Assembly: GCA_031374245.1 (NCBI GenBank)
Contig: JANMFO010000206.1
Span: 909 to 64,908 of the forward strand
Origin: Chitinophagaceae bacterium
GTDB taxonomy: Bacteria > Bacteroidota > Bacteroidia > Chitinophagales > Chitinophagaceae
Length of the DNA: 64,000 nt
Direction: 5' to 3'
Shown here in pieces: positions 17,848 through 26,000 of the stretch. Position numbers and translations under genes: made by a program. Each line of letters opens with the position of its first letter. The first letter of the stretch is position 1. Under the pieces are notes generated by a model. It did no database searches. It was not told the DNA's origin and was given only the letters and a program-made list of their open reading frames with translations.

Positions 17848-18432
17848 ATGTTACAGGCTGCGTGGAAGAAAAATGATAAGAAGGCAAGGTTGCTGATTTT
17901 TACTTTCTCTGCTATTGTGTTTACAGCGGTGGTGGTGCTTAGCCGGGTGAAGCTGAATGTAGATTTGGGATTTGATGTTCATTTATTTGCCCAAACAAAT
18001 GCAATCATCAATTCATGCGTAGCCATATTATTAATTATAGCATTAGTAGCTGTAAAAAATAAAAACTATACCCTGCACAAAAACCTGATGATGACAGCGA
18101 TGCTGTTGTCTGTTCTTTTTCTGGTGAGTTATATCTGTCATCATTTGTTTGCAGGAGAAACGAGGTTTGGTGACGTAAACCATGATGGCATTGTTACTGA
18201 TGTAGAAAAAGCAGCCGTAGGAAGCAGTCGTATTATTTACTACATTATTTTAGGCACACATATTCCGCTGGCAGGGATTATCCTGCCTTTTATTCTTTTC
18301 TCTGCTTACCGGGCATTAACGGGAGAATTTAATAAACACAAAAAACTGGTTCGCATTACCTGGCCCATCTGGTTTTATGTAGCAGTTACGGGAGTGGTTG
18401 TATACTGGATGATTAGCCCTTATTATAATTAG
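17848..18432 (+). CDS. DUF420 membrane protein associated with oxidase clusters
   Basis: 194 aa with 4-5 TM helices. It occupies the conserved position after SCO1 in heme-copper oxidase clusters. Confidence 0.7.
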   Translation: MLQAAWKKNDKKARLLIFTFSAIVFTAVVVLSRVKLNVDLGFDVHLFAQTNAIINSCVAILLIIALVAVKNKNYTLHKNLMMTAMLLSVLFLVSYICHHLFAGETRFGDVNHDGIVTDVEKAAVGSSRIIYYIILGTHIPLAGIILPFILFSAYRALTGEFNKHKKLVRITWPIWFYVAVTGVVVYWMISPYYN

Positions 18433-18818
18433 AATCCCATTTCTTGTACAGGATCCCAAAAAACATTTTTAAAATCCTGTACATGATCATTCTTTACTTT
18501 TACTCCTTCTTTCTTTAGCAATTGTTCCATTAATTTGGGTGGGGAGAAATGATGTTTGCCGGATAAAATCCCCAACCGGTTTACTACCCGATGTGCAGGT
18601 ACTTTTAGTTTTGCATGATGGCAGCCATTCATAGCCCAGCCAACCATACGGGCAGATGATTTAGTTCCGAGGCAGGCAGCAATAGCACCATACGAAGTAA
18701 CCCTTCCTTTAGGAATTTGCCGGGCAACTTCAAAGACCAACTCAAAAAAATTTTCATCTCTTTTTCCAGAGGGCTTTACCGTCTTTAATTTTTCGGATGC
18801 TTTCTTTTTAACCGGCAT
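18429..18818 (-). CDS. MGMT-family DNA-binding protein, alkyltransferase-like (acceptor Cys replaced by Ala)
   Basis: Methyltransferase DNA-binding domain (RVTSYGAIA...VPAHRVVN). PAHR stands in place of the catalytic PCHR. Confidence 0.75.
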   Translation of the reverse strand: MPVKKKASEKLKTVKPSGKRDENFFELVFEVARQIPKGRVTSYGAIAACLGTKSSARMVGWAMNGCHHAKLKVPAHRVVNRLGILSGKHHFSPPKLMEQLLKKEGVKVKNDHVQDFKNVFWDPVQEMGF

Positions 18819-18840
18819 GCAATGAAGATAAAATATATTC

Positions 18841-19044
18841 TTATAATGGATCTGAATTATTCGAAGGGTGAGGACCCTTTAGCAAAAAGCTTTTCTTCGG
18901 TTCTGGTACATTTTCAAATTGAAAAGGGCAATGCAGGCATCCATTACCGCAGCAATAACCCTTTTCAAAGTGGTATTGTTCAGTGAGTACGATATAGCCA
19001 TCATCATTAATATAATAATGTAAACCTTCAATCAAGTCCTTCAT
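18841..19044 (-). CDS. Small cysteine-rich protein (DUF5522-like)
   Basis: 67 aa with a YCCGNGCLHCPF motif. It overlaps the trmB 3' end by 17 nt, suggesting translational coupling. Confidence 0.5.
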   Translation of the reverse strand: MKDLIEGLHYYINDDGYIVLTEQYHFEKGYCCGNGCLHCPFQFENVPEPKKSFLLKGPHPSNNSDPL

Positions 19045-19774
19045 CTTCTTTCAATAATTTTTTTAGTTCTTCATCCTTTTCTTTACCAGCTATCAGTTCA
19101 GGCAAAGAGAAACAGAGATAATGAATACGGTTGCTTTCGGCTATGTCCAATGATTCATAATGAGTTTTAATTTTTAACTCTTCACTTACTGTTTCATCTT
19201 TAAAAACATTGTCTGAATCTTTATGTAGCTGGCACCCATATAAATCAATCACCAGTTTGGTAAAGGCATATAAATCCGGGCTATCTGTCTTTAAATGTAT
19301 TAAACCACCGGGGGCCATAAATTGTTGATATAAGCGTAAAAATTTTGGATGTGTCAGCCTTTTTTTGGCTTTTGATTTTCTTAATTGCGGGTCGGGAAAG
19401 GTAATCCAGATTTCTGCCACTTCATTGGTTGAAAAATATGCTGCCACCTGGTCAATCTCCGTTCGCAGAAACGCAACATTAGTTAAATTGTTTTCTAATG
19501 CCTTTTTAGCACCTACCCAAATGCGGTTTCCTTTCAAATCAACACCGATAAAATTCCGTTGGGGGTATAAATAGCCAAGACCAACTGCGTACTCACCTTT
19601 GCCGCAGGCTAATTCAAGAGTAATAGCGTTAGTGTTCTTAAAAAAATCATTCCATTTCCCCGCTACATCTTTGGGATATTGCAGCACATTTGGAAGGACT
19701 TTTAATTCCTCGAACCGGATCAGTTTTTTTTGCCCCATTGCGGGCAAAGGTAATTCAAAAGAAAAGTTTATCAC
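19028..19774 (-). CDS. trmB: tRNA (guanine-N7)-methyltransferase
   Basis: LELACGKGEY SAM motif and TFPDPQLRK (the TrmB signature FPDPW/H-like). Likely start is the ATG giving MGQKKLIRF (about 19738). Confidence 0.85.
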   Translation of the reverse strand: MINFSFELPLPAMGQKKLIRFEELKVLPNVLQYPKDVAGKWNDFFKNTNAITLELACGKGEYAVGLGYLYPQRNFIGVDLKGNRIWVGAKKALENNLTNVAFLRTEIDQVAAYFSTNEVAEIWITFPDPQLRKSKAKKRLTHPKFLRLYQQFMAPGGLIHLKTDSPDLYAFTKLVIDLYGCQLHKDSDNVFKDETVSEELKIKTHYESLDIAESNRIHYLCFSLPELIAGKEKDEELKKLLKEDEGLD

Positions 19775-19794
19775 TTAATGGATAAAACAAGTAG

Positions 19795-20723
19795 TTAAAT
19801 TTTTACCTGCAAACCCACACCGATTACCGATTTTAATTGCAATGATGGAGAAATACTCGTTTTGCCAAACAACCGTACATCATCATCGTATATCATATCA
19901 AGGTTCCAGCTGAAGGCTATTATTTTGCCCACTTTGGCAGATAGAATATTAGTCATATAAACGTCAGCATTCAAAGGGTTTTTCTTATAATTTGAGAATA
20001 AATCGAGGCGGCCTTTATATGAAACATATTTATTAAACGGCTTATGATAATTTACTGTAGCAAAGGCACCCAATTGATTAATATTATGCTTACCCGTCAC
20101 TACACCATATTCTCCCTTTGCAGATAAGCTATCATCTTTAACAATCACCCAACGTGAAGTAACCGGGGAAAGAAAAATAGATAAACTTTTTGTGGGTTTA
20201 TAATCTAATCCCTGGCTTATAATAAGGTAAGCTGGTGATAGAAAGGCAGAGGCAAAAGTTTTACTATCATCATTATAAGTATATCCCAAAAAGAATTGAG
20301 AACGCAGATTACCAAGCGTAGCCAGGTTTAATTTGGAGTTTAGGGAGTATCCATACTTGGATAATAAATCAAACCGGTCATCATTTTTTCTGCTGCCAAG
20401 GCTGGTAGTTTTGATATAGCCGAAGTTTACATCCATTGCATTATCCCAGCTATGTTTATTTTTTTGTAAAAGCTAAATAGGTTAAGTGAAGTGGAAACGG
20501 TTAACGAAAAATCATCACCCCCCGCTGCCCAGTTACTCAGGCTGCCCTGCCCGGCACTTATACTATATAGGCCACCCAGTTTCCAGGTTTTCCAACTGGT
20601 ATCATTCATATCTTTTTTTACAGAACGAAGCGACTCCGCTTGTAGCTTACGCATAATAGCATCCTGTGAAAAGCTGGTGATACTTAAAAATAATAAAACA
20701 AGAAACCCGGTTATTTTTTTCAT
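19795..20723 (-). pseudogene. DUF3078 outer-membrane protein paralogue interrupted by a frameshift in a T7/A7 homopolymer
   Basis: ORFs 20427..20723 and 19795..20436 are colinear with the intact paralogue at 20970..21896. The frame changes at the T7 run 20459-20465. One extra A in the coding strand would restore ...FYKKNKHSWDNAMDVNFGY. Confidence 0.7.
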
Positions 20724-20911
20724 AACGAAACGGTTCGTTTTTCGTTGGTGAAGAAATAGTAATTAAACAGCAACTGCAGTAACAATAATTACTTGTAGTA
20801 ATTTATCACGGATGGAATGCTGCGAAGATAAAATGTGAAAGACGAAAATGGAAGAAGAAAATTATTTCATACAGAATGTTAAAACGTACTATAACACTAA
20901 TGATTGTTTGT

Positions 20912-20950
20912 AAAAAAAAGAGGCTATTCATTTTTGAATAACCTCTTTTT
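20912..20950 (-). terminator. Rho-independent terminator after the DUF3078 gene
   Basis: GAGGCTATTCA-TTTT-TGAATAACCTC hairpin (one mismatch) flanked by A8 and T5. On the minus strand the hairpin is followed by a T8 run. Confidence 0.65.
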
Positions 20951-20969
20951 AAAAATATTAACTATTTGA

Positions 20970-21896
20970 TTAAAGATTCAACTGAATACCAGCTCCTACA
21001 ATTGATTTTAGTTGTAGTGCCGGTGCTGTTTTATTAACACCAAATAATCGTACGTCATCATCATAAATCATATCCAAACTCCAGCTGATGGTAAAAACCT
21101 TACCCAGTTTAGCTGAAAAAGTATTCGTCATATAAACGTCTATATTTTGTGGATTCTTTTTATAATTAGAAAATAGGTCCAATTTACCTCTGTAAACAAC
21201 AAATTTATTAAAGTCTTTCAGGTAAGTGATAGAAGCAAATGCACCGAATTCATTAATGCTCTTGGTGCCTGGTCTTACACCATAAGCTCCTTTTACAGAA
21301 AGTGTATCATCTCTTACAATTACCCACCTGTTGGTGATAGGCGATAAGAAAATAGAAAGATTTTTTGTGGGCTTATAATCCAGACCGGCACTGACTAGCA
21401 TATATGCGGGAGCAAGGAAGTTAGAGTTTAACGATTTAGTAGTGCTGGTATAACTGTATCCTTTAAAAAACTGCGACCTGAAATTAAATAACCCGGCTAA
21501 ATTTAATTTAGGATTAAGGGCATAGCCATATTTTGAAAGTAAGTCGAACCGGTCATCATTTTTTCTGCTACCAAGTGTAGTAGTCTTAACATAGCCCCAG
21601 TTTATATCCAGTGAATTATCCCAACTGTTCTTATCTTTTTTATAAAAGGCAAAAAGATTAAGAAATGTATTTATGGTTAACGAAAAATCATCACCACCAG
21701 CTGCCCAGTTGCTTAATGAACCCTGTCCGATATTAAAACTGTACAGTCCGCCTTTCTTCCAGGTTTTAGTGGAAGTGTCAGCAGCATCTTTTTTTATACT
21801 TTTAGTTGCTTCGGATTGTAACGCTTTTACTGTTTGGTCCTGACCAGCAACAGTAATACTGACAAGTGAAAACAAGGCGAATAGAATATTTTTCAT
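20970..21896 (-). CDS. DUF3078 outer-membrane protein
   Basis: Signal peptide MKNILFALFSLVSITVAGQ and a beta-rich sequence. The 31 codons upstream in the ORF track are probably not translated. Confidence 0.7.
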   Translation of the reverse strand: MKNILFALFSLVSITVAGQDQTVKALQSEATKSIKKDAADTSTKTWKKGGLYSFNIGQGSLSNWAAGGDDFSLTINTFLNLFAFYKKDKNSWDNSLDINWGYVKTTTLGSRKNDDRFDLLSKYGYALNPKLNLAGLFNFRSQFFKGYSYTSTTKSLNSNFLAPAYMLVSAGLDYKPTKNLSIFLSPITNRWVIVRDDTLSVKGAYGVRPGTKSINEFGAFASITYLKDFNKFVVYRGKLDLFSNYKKNPQNIDVYMTNTFSAKLGKVFTISWSLDMIYDDDVRLFGVNKTAPALQLKSIVGAGIQLNL

Positions 21897-22040
21897 TTTT
21901 AAATTTTGGCTGCAAAAATAATTGTAAGAGAGCTGACGATGAATATTTTTTCGATGAACAACAGAATTTAAGCGATGACAGCAAGCCAAAAAAAAGCCTT
22001 CGGAAGAATCCGCAGGCTGCTATAAACAATCACATGAGAG

Positions 22041-22236
22041 AAAAAAGCTGTAGGGGGAGGGATCGAACCTCCACGAGGCAGTTAGCTGTAGTACAAAGTT
22101 CGGTGGTCGACCCCGGTCGCATTGATATTGCTACCAACACGGCTCTATACTACGTTTATCCTGTTATCCTCACCCCCGAGACAAGAGGGCATGTCTGCCA
22201 AAAATTTCATCACCCCACAGTATTATCAAGAACTTG
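22041..22236 (-). ncRNA. Candidate ~195-nt structured RNA with a tRNA-like acceptor/T-arm module (unclassified)
   Basis: An 8-bp long-range helix (22213-22220 with 22048-22055) stacks on GGAGG-TTCGATC-CCTCC (22056-22072). A T6 run follows at 22041-22046 and a promoter-like element lies upstream. There is no credible ORF. Confidence 0.3.
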
Positions 22237-22242
22237 ATAGCA

Positions 22243-22275
22243 CAAATTTAGTCGAAAGCTACCTTTCATTCCAAA
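22243..22275 (-). promoter_or_regulatory. Bacteroidota-type promoter-like element (TTTG-N21-TAAATTTG)
   Basis: Read on the minus strand: TTTG at 22272-22275 and TAAATTTG at 22243-22250. This matches the -33 TTTG / -7 TAnnTTTG consensus with near-typical spacing. Confidence 0.35.
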
Positions 22276-22359
22276 TTTTCTAATAAATATTTTAAAAATG
22301 TAGATAATATTCAAATAATTCGTTTTATTTGTAGATATATTTCAAAAAAATAGTATAAA

Positions 22360-22824
22360 ATGGCAAATAAATTGAATCTTGATAAACTGGATTTACAAAT
22401 TATCCAGAACATGATGGAGAACGCCGAGATTTCTTATGCAGACCTGGGTAAGAAATTGTTTGTATCGGGCGGTACTATTCATGTTCGTATCAAAAAACTA
22501 CAGGAAGCCGGAGTGGTTAAAGGTACAAGATTGAAGGCAGACCTTCGGGAGCTTGGTTATGATGTGATTGCTTTTATCGGTATTTACCTGAAAGAAAGTT
22601 CTTTGTATGATGCAGTGGCAAAAGACCTGCAAAAGATACCGGAAATAGTACGGCTTAATTATACAACAGGTAACTATAGCATGTTTGCAGAAATAGTTTG
22701 TAAGGATATCTCGCAATTGAGATTTGTACTACATGACCAGTTACAAAAAATAAAAGGGATTGAACGAACGGAAACTTTTATTTCATTGGAAGAAAGCTTT
22801 AGCAGGAATGTAAAAGTAATTTAA
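22360..22824 (+). CDS. Lrp/AsnC family transcriptional regulator
   Basis: 154 aa with an N-terminal HTH (ISYADLGKKLFVSGGTIHVRIKKLQEAGVV) and a C-terminal RAM-like domain. Confidence 0.85.
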   Translation: MANKLNLDKLDLQIIQNMMENAEISYADLGKKLFVSGGTIHVRIKKLQEAGVVKGTRLKADLRELGYDVIAFIGIYLKESSLYDAVAKDLQKIPEIVRLNYTTGNYSMFAEIVCKDISQLRFVLHDQLQKIKGIERTETFISLEESFSRNVKVI

Positions 22825-22827
22825 GGA

Positions 22828-23934
22828 CTATATTTTACCTCTTACATTCAACGCATCTCTTAAGCCATTGCCAAGAAGATTAAATGCCAGCACCAATAAC
22901 ATAATGGCAAAACCGGGAGTTAACGCAAGCATTGGATTTTGAGTAATGATAAAATTATAATTCTCTTTTATCATCAAACCCCAACTTGGTTGTGGTGGTT
23001 GTACGCCTACACCGAGAAAGCTTAACCCAGCTTCAATTACAATGGCTGAGGCAAAGTTGCTGGCCGCAATAACCATTACAGGCCCCATTATATTTGGCCA
23101 GATGTGTCGCACAATTGTTCTGAAATTAGAAAAGCCTAAGGCTCGGGTTGCTTCCACATATTCCAATTCTCTAATGCCTAATACTTGCCCTCTTACTAAT
23201 CTCGCAACGTTTACCCACATCGTTAAACCGACAGCGATAAATACCTGCCAGAATCCTTTACCCAATGCTAAGGTGATGGCGAAGACTAATAATAATGTTG
23301 GGATGCTCCAGATAACATTGATAAACCACATAATAATATCATCTGTTCTTCCACGGAAATAACCTGCTAAGGAACCGAGTATTAGACCGATGCTGAGAGA
23401 GATGATAACGGTGATTAACCCTACGCTTAAGCTTACTCTAGTACCAACAATGATGCGGCTTAAAATATCGTGGCCATCTTTATCAGTACCCAACCAAAAT
23501 TTTTTTGTGATAACAGGAACCGGAGCTGTTTGTTTTGAAGAATAAGCCACTCGTTCACTTATGCCTTCATCAATTAATTTCTTGACTATAATACTATCCC
23601 CTTTTTGTTCATGACTTACAATGGGAATATAATAGTATACATCTTCTTTGCCTGAAATCAATTGTTTGAAAAAACTGGTTGAAGTAACATCTTTATCCTT
23701 TTTTACTTTAATAAAACTTTGTTCGAAACCTGGCTTCTTTCTACCGATTTCTAAAATGATGCGATTGGCAAAAGGAGATGGGTCCGGAGCAATGAAATAA
23801 GCAAAGATGGCAACTAGCACTGCCAGTGCAATTACAATAAAACCAAAGACAGCTCCATTGTTTTTTTTCAAACGCTTCCACGCTGCCTGTTGAAAAGATG
23901 GTGAAGTATTGCTCATGAAACAGTAAGATACCAA
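22828..23934 (-). CDS. ABC transporter permease, OppC/DppC type
   Basis: N-terminal OppC_N-like TM helix, a large periplasmic loop and a BPD-transporter core (EAxxxxG-like EATRALGFS). Likely start gives MSNTSPSF (about 23916). Confidence 0.8.
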   Translation of the reverse strand: MVSYCFMSNTSPSFQQAAWKRLKKNNGAVFGFIVIALAVLVAIFAYFIAPDPSPFANRIILEIGRKKPGFEQSFIKVKKDKDVTSTSFFKQLISGKEDVYYYIPIVSHEQKGDSIIVKKLIDEGISERVAYSSKQTAPVPVITKKFWLGTDKDGHDILSRIIVGTRVSLSVGLITVIISLSIGLILGSLAGYFRGRTDDIIMWFINVIWSIPTLLLVFAITLALGKGFWQVFIAVGLTMWVNVARLVRGQVLGIRELEYVEATRALGFSNFRTIVRHIWPNIMGPVMVIAASNFASAIVIEAGLSFLGVGVQPPQPSWGLMIKENYNFIITQNPMLALTPGFAIMLLVLAFNLLGNGLRDALNVRGKI

Positions 23935-23938
23935 GAAA

Positions 23939-25054
23939 TCATTTTACTTTTCTTCCCTTCCATTCATACTTGCCAAACTGCCCGAATAAACCAGAAATAA
24001 TAGTATATAAAATATGAAGTGGTTGAAAAAAGAAGAACAGCTTTGCCGCCCACTGTTTATTGAAAAAATGAGAAACCGACAAGAAGAATGGAAGTTCAAT
24101 AAGTGTTTTTGCAATCCAGATTCCGGTAAGGTAAAACCAGTAATGATAACAAAAGAAACCAGCAATTCCCAATGCCAGAAAAGAAAGATTGAAAAAATAA
24201 ACCAACAGGAGGACCGCAATTATTCTTTTATCGTCATATTTTTTTGCTTTGCTTGCCCAGCGGATTCTTTGATTAAAAAAAGCTTTCCATGTTTTCATCG
24301 GTTGTGTAGCAACAATCGCATCTTTCGATTTCAGGTAATGAACCCTATCCGGGTATTGCTTCCATATTTTGTGCATCAATAACATATCGTCACCGGAAGC
24401 AATATGGTCGACACCGGTAAAACCATTTACTTCATAAAACACTTTTCTTTCGTATGCCAGGTTGGCACCATTACACATGGAGTGAATGTTTTTATGAACG
24501 GATGCACCTGTAATTCCCTGTAGTATCATAAAATCCATAGCCTGGAATAGTTGTACGACAGAGGAATTACAATCAAACACAACAGGGGCAGCTATAAAGA
24601 CAGAACCATTTTCTTTTTTAAATGCAGCAATAGTTTGCAGCCATTCTTCTGATGGAATACAATCTGCATCGGTGGTAACAATTAATTCTCTTATAGCTGC
24701 GGCTATCCCTGTTTCAATTGCTTTCTTTTTATAGGAATTGATGTTCTCTTCTTTTAATTGAACCAGTTTGACAGATGAAAATTGTCGGACGATATTGGCT
24801 GTCTGGTCAGTAGAATGATCGTCCACTACAATTATTTCCGTTAATGCTGCAGGATAAGTTTGTCGTTGAAGAGATTCGAGTAGTTGCCTGATGTTATTCT
24901 CTTCATTTCTTGCAGGAATAATAACCGAGATGGTAATATCGGTTGCAGGAAGGCTTATTTTAAAATCAGGAATGGCTTTCCAGCTTTGCCAATAGTAAAG
25001 GATGAGAATACTGTAGCAAACAAAAAGCAGTATGACAATTGATAAAATAATCAT
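23939..25054 (-). CDS. Membrane-embedded family-2 glycosyltransferase with a QxxRW motif
   Basis: N-terminal TM helix, GT-A core (VIIPARNEE, VVDDHSTD, TDADC), QRIRW, and C-terminal TM helices. Confidence 0.8.
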   Translation of the reverse strand: MIILSIVILLFVCYSILILYYWQSWKAIPDFKISLPATDITISVIIPARNEENNIRQLLESLQRQTYPAALTEIIVVDDHSTDQTANIVRQFSSVKLVQLKEENINSYKKKAIETGIAAAIRELIVTTDADCIPSEEWLQTIAAFKKENGSVFIAAPVVFDCNSSVVQLFQAMDFMILQGITGASVHKNIHSMCNGANLAYERKVFYEVNGFTGVDHIASGDDMLLMHKIWKQYPDRVHYLKSKDAIVATQPMKTWKAFFNQRIRWASKAKKYDDKRIIAVLLLVYFFNLSFLALGIAGFFCYHYWFYLTGIWIAKTLIELPFFLSVSHFFNKQWAAKLFFFFQPLHILYTIISGLFGQFGKYEWKGRKVK

Positions 25055-25088
25055 GCAGGATAAATAACAAATCTAATCAATGCGGGGC

Positions 25089-25916
25089 TTAGTGCAGTAA
25101 AGCTGGTAATATTTCGTCAATATGTTTTTCATGCAGTACCTGGTGACCAGAGAGAATAACTGTTAATGTACATTGTTCCTCGATTCCTTTCTTAAATTTC
25201 TTACCAACTGAAGAAAGAATAATACGGTCATGTTTTCCGTAAATCAAACGTACCGGTATATTTTCCTTTTTGATATACGATTTGATGAGAGTTAAGTCGG
25301 GTTTTAGCTTTCGCAAGGTTGTCCATCGCTGGTATAATAAACTGCGAACGGTAGCATCACCGATATAATAATTCACAAATTTGAAAATGCTTGCATTGAC
25401 CAATCGTAGTTTGTTCATCAATTTTAAAAAACCAAAAAACCAGCCGGGATGTTGTAAGGTGAATGCGAAAAACTTATTTCCTAAACTCGTTTGTGTAGCC
25501 AGCCAATACCAGAAATTTACCTTCAATCCATCAGGAGCCAGCAATATCAGCTTTTCTACTTTTTCTGGATGGGCCTGTAAAAAACTCAGGGCTACCCGGC
25601 CGCCGAGGCTGAAACCAATGAGAGTCAGTTTATAGTTTGTGGTTTGTAGTTTATAATTGTTTTGGTGCAGGATTTCATCGATAATTTTTGATAAGTCCAT
25701 GAAAGTAAAAGTCAGTCCATCTTTCCATTCAGTTTTTCCATGAAAAGGCAGGTCAATAGAAAAGAAAGTGTATTGATTACCAGTATGTTTATCCAGAAAT
25801 GTAAAGGAAGTTGCTTCTTCACCATAGCCATGAAAGCAGAGGGCCACTTTAGGGCCAGAGCCAAAGCGGCAATAACTAATCTGTGAACTTTTATAATTAA
25901 TCAACTCTTGCCTCAT
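25089..25916 (-). CDS. Alpha/beta-fold hydrolase
   Basis: HGYGE oxyanion region, nucleophile elbow GFSLGG and a C-terminal His (GHQVL). Confidence 0.75.
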   Translation of the reverse strand: MRQELINYKSSQISYCRFGSGPKVALCFHGYGEEATSFTFLDKHTGNQYTFFSIDLPFHGKTEWKDGLTFTFMDLSKIIDEILHQNNYKLQTTNYKLTLIGFSLGGRVALSFLQAHPEKVEKLILLAPDGLKVNFWYWLATQTSLGNKFFAFTLQHPGWFFGFLKLMNKLRLVNASIFKFVNYYIGDATVRSLLYQRWTTLRKLKPDLTLIKSYIKKENIPVRLIYGKHDRIILSSVGKKFKKGIEEQCTLTVILSGHQVLHEKHIDEILPALLH

Positions 25917-25924
25917 TTTTAAAA

Positions 25925-25940
25925 CAAGAAATTTTTCTTG
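25925..25940. promoter_or_regulatory. Perfect palindrome CAAGAAA-TT-TTTCTTG in the hydrolase/MarR divergent region (candidate operator)
   Basis: A 7-bp inverted repeat read directly from the sequence. A second dyad, ACTAT-N9-ATAGT, lies at 25967-25985. Confidence 0.3.
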
Positions 25941-26000
25941 AAAAATAAATTGGACTATTCAAAAATACTATTAATTTTGGATAGTTGCACAAACAACTAT

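Noticed and set aside
22040-22120. Canonical tRNA or tmRNA gene on the minus strand, suggested by the GGTTCGATCC T-loop sequence.
   Set aside because: The ~75 nt upstream of the T-arm do not form anticodon or D arms, and no 5' acceptor strand lies at tRNA distance. The locus is too short for tmRNA (about 200 nt versus about 350-400). It lacks the GGGG…/…CCACCA ends and any ALAA-type tag ORF. It is kept only as an unclassified RNA candidate.
21802-22237. ORFs 21866..22237 (+, 123 aa) and 21802..22029 (-, 75 aa) in the DUF3078-Lrp spacer.
   Set aside because: Low-complexity, Arg/Lys-rich translations with no motifs. They overlap the DUF3078 5' end and the RNA candidate, and lack a plausible start context.
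25621-25660. Short internal duplication (NYKLQTTNYKL) in the alpha/beta hydrolase gene.
   Set aside because: It is only two imperfect ~12-nt copies, in frame within a surface-loop-like region. It has no structural or regulatory implication that I can support.
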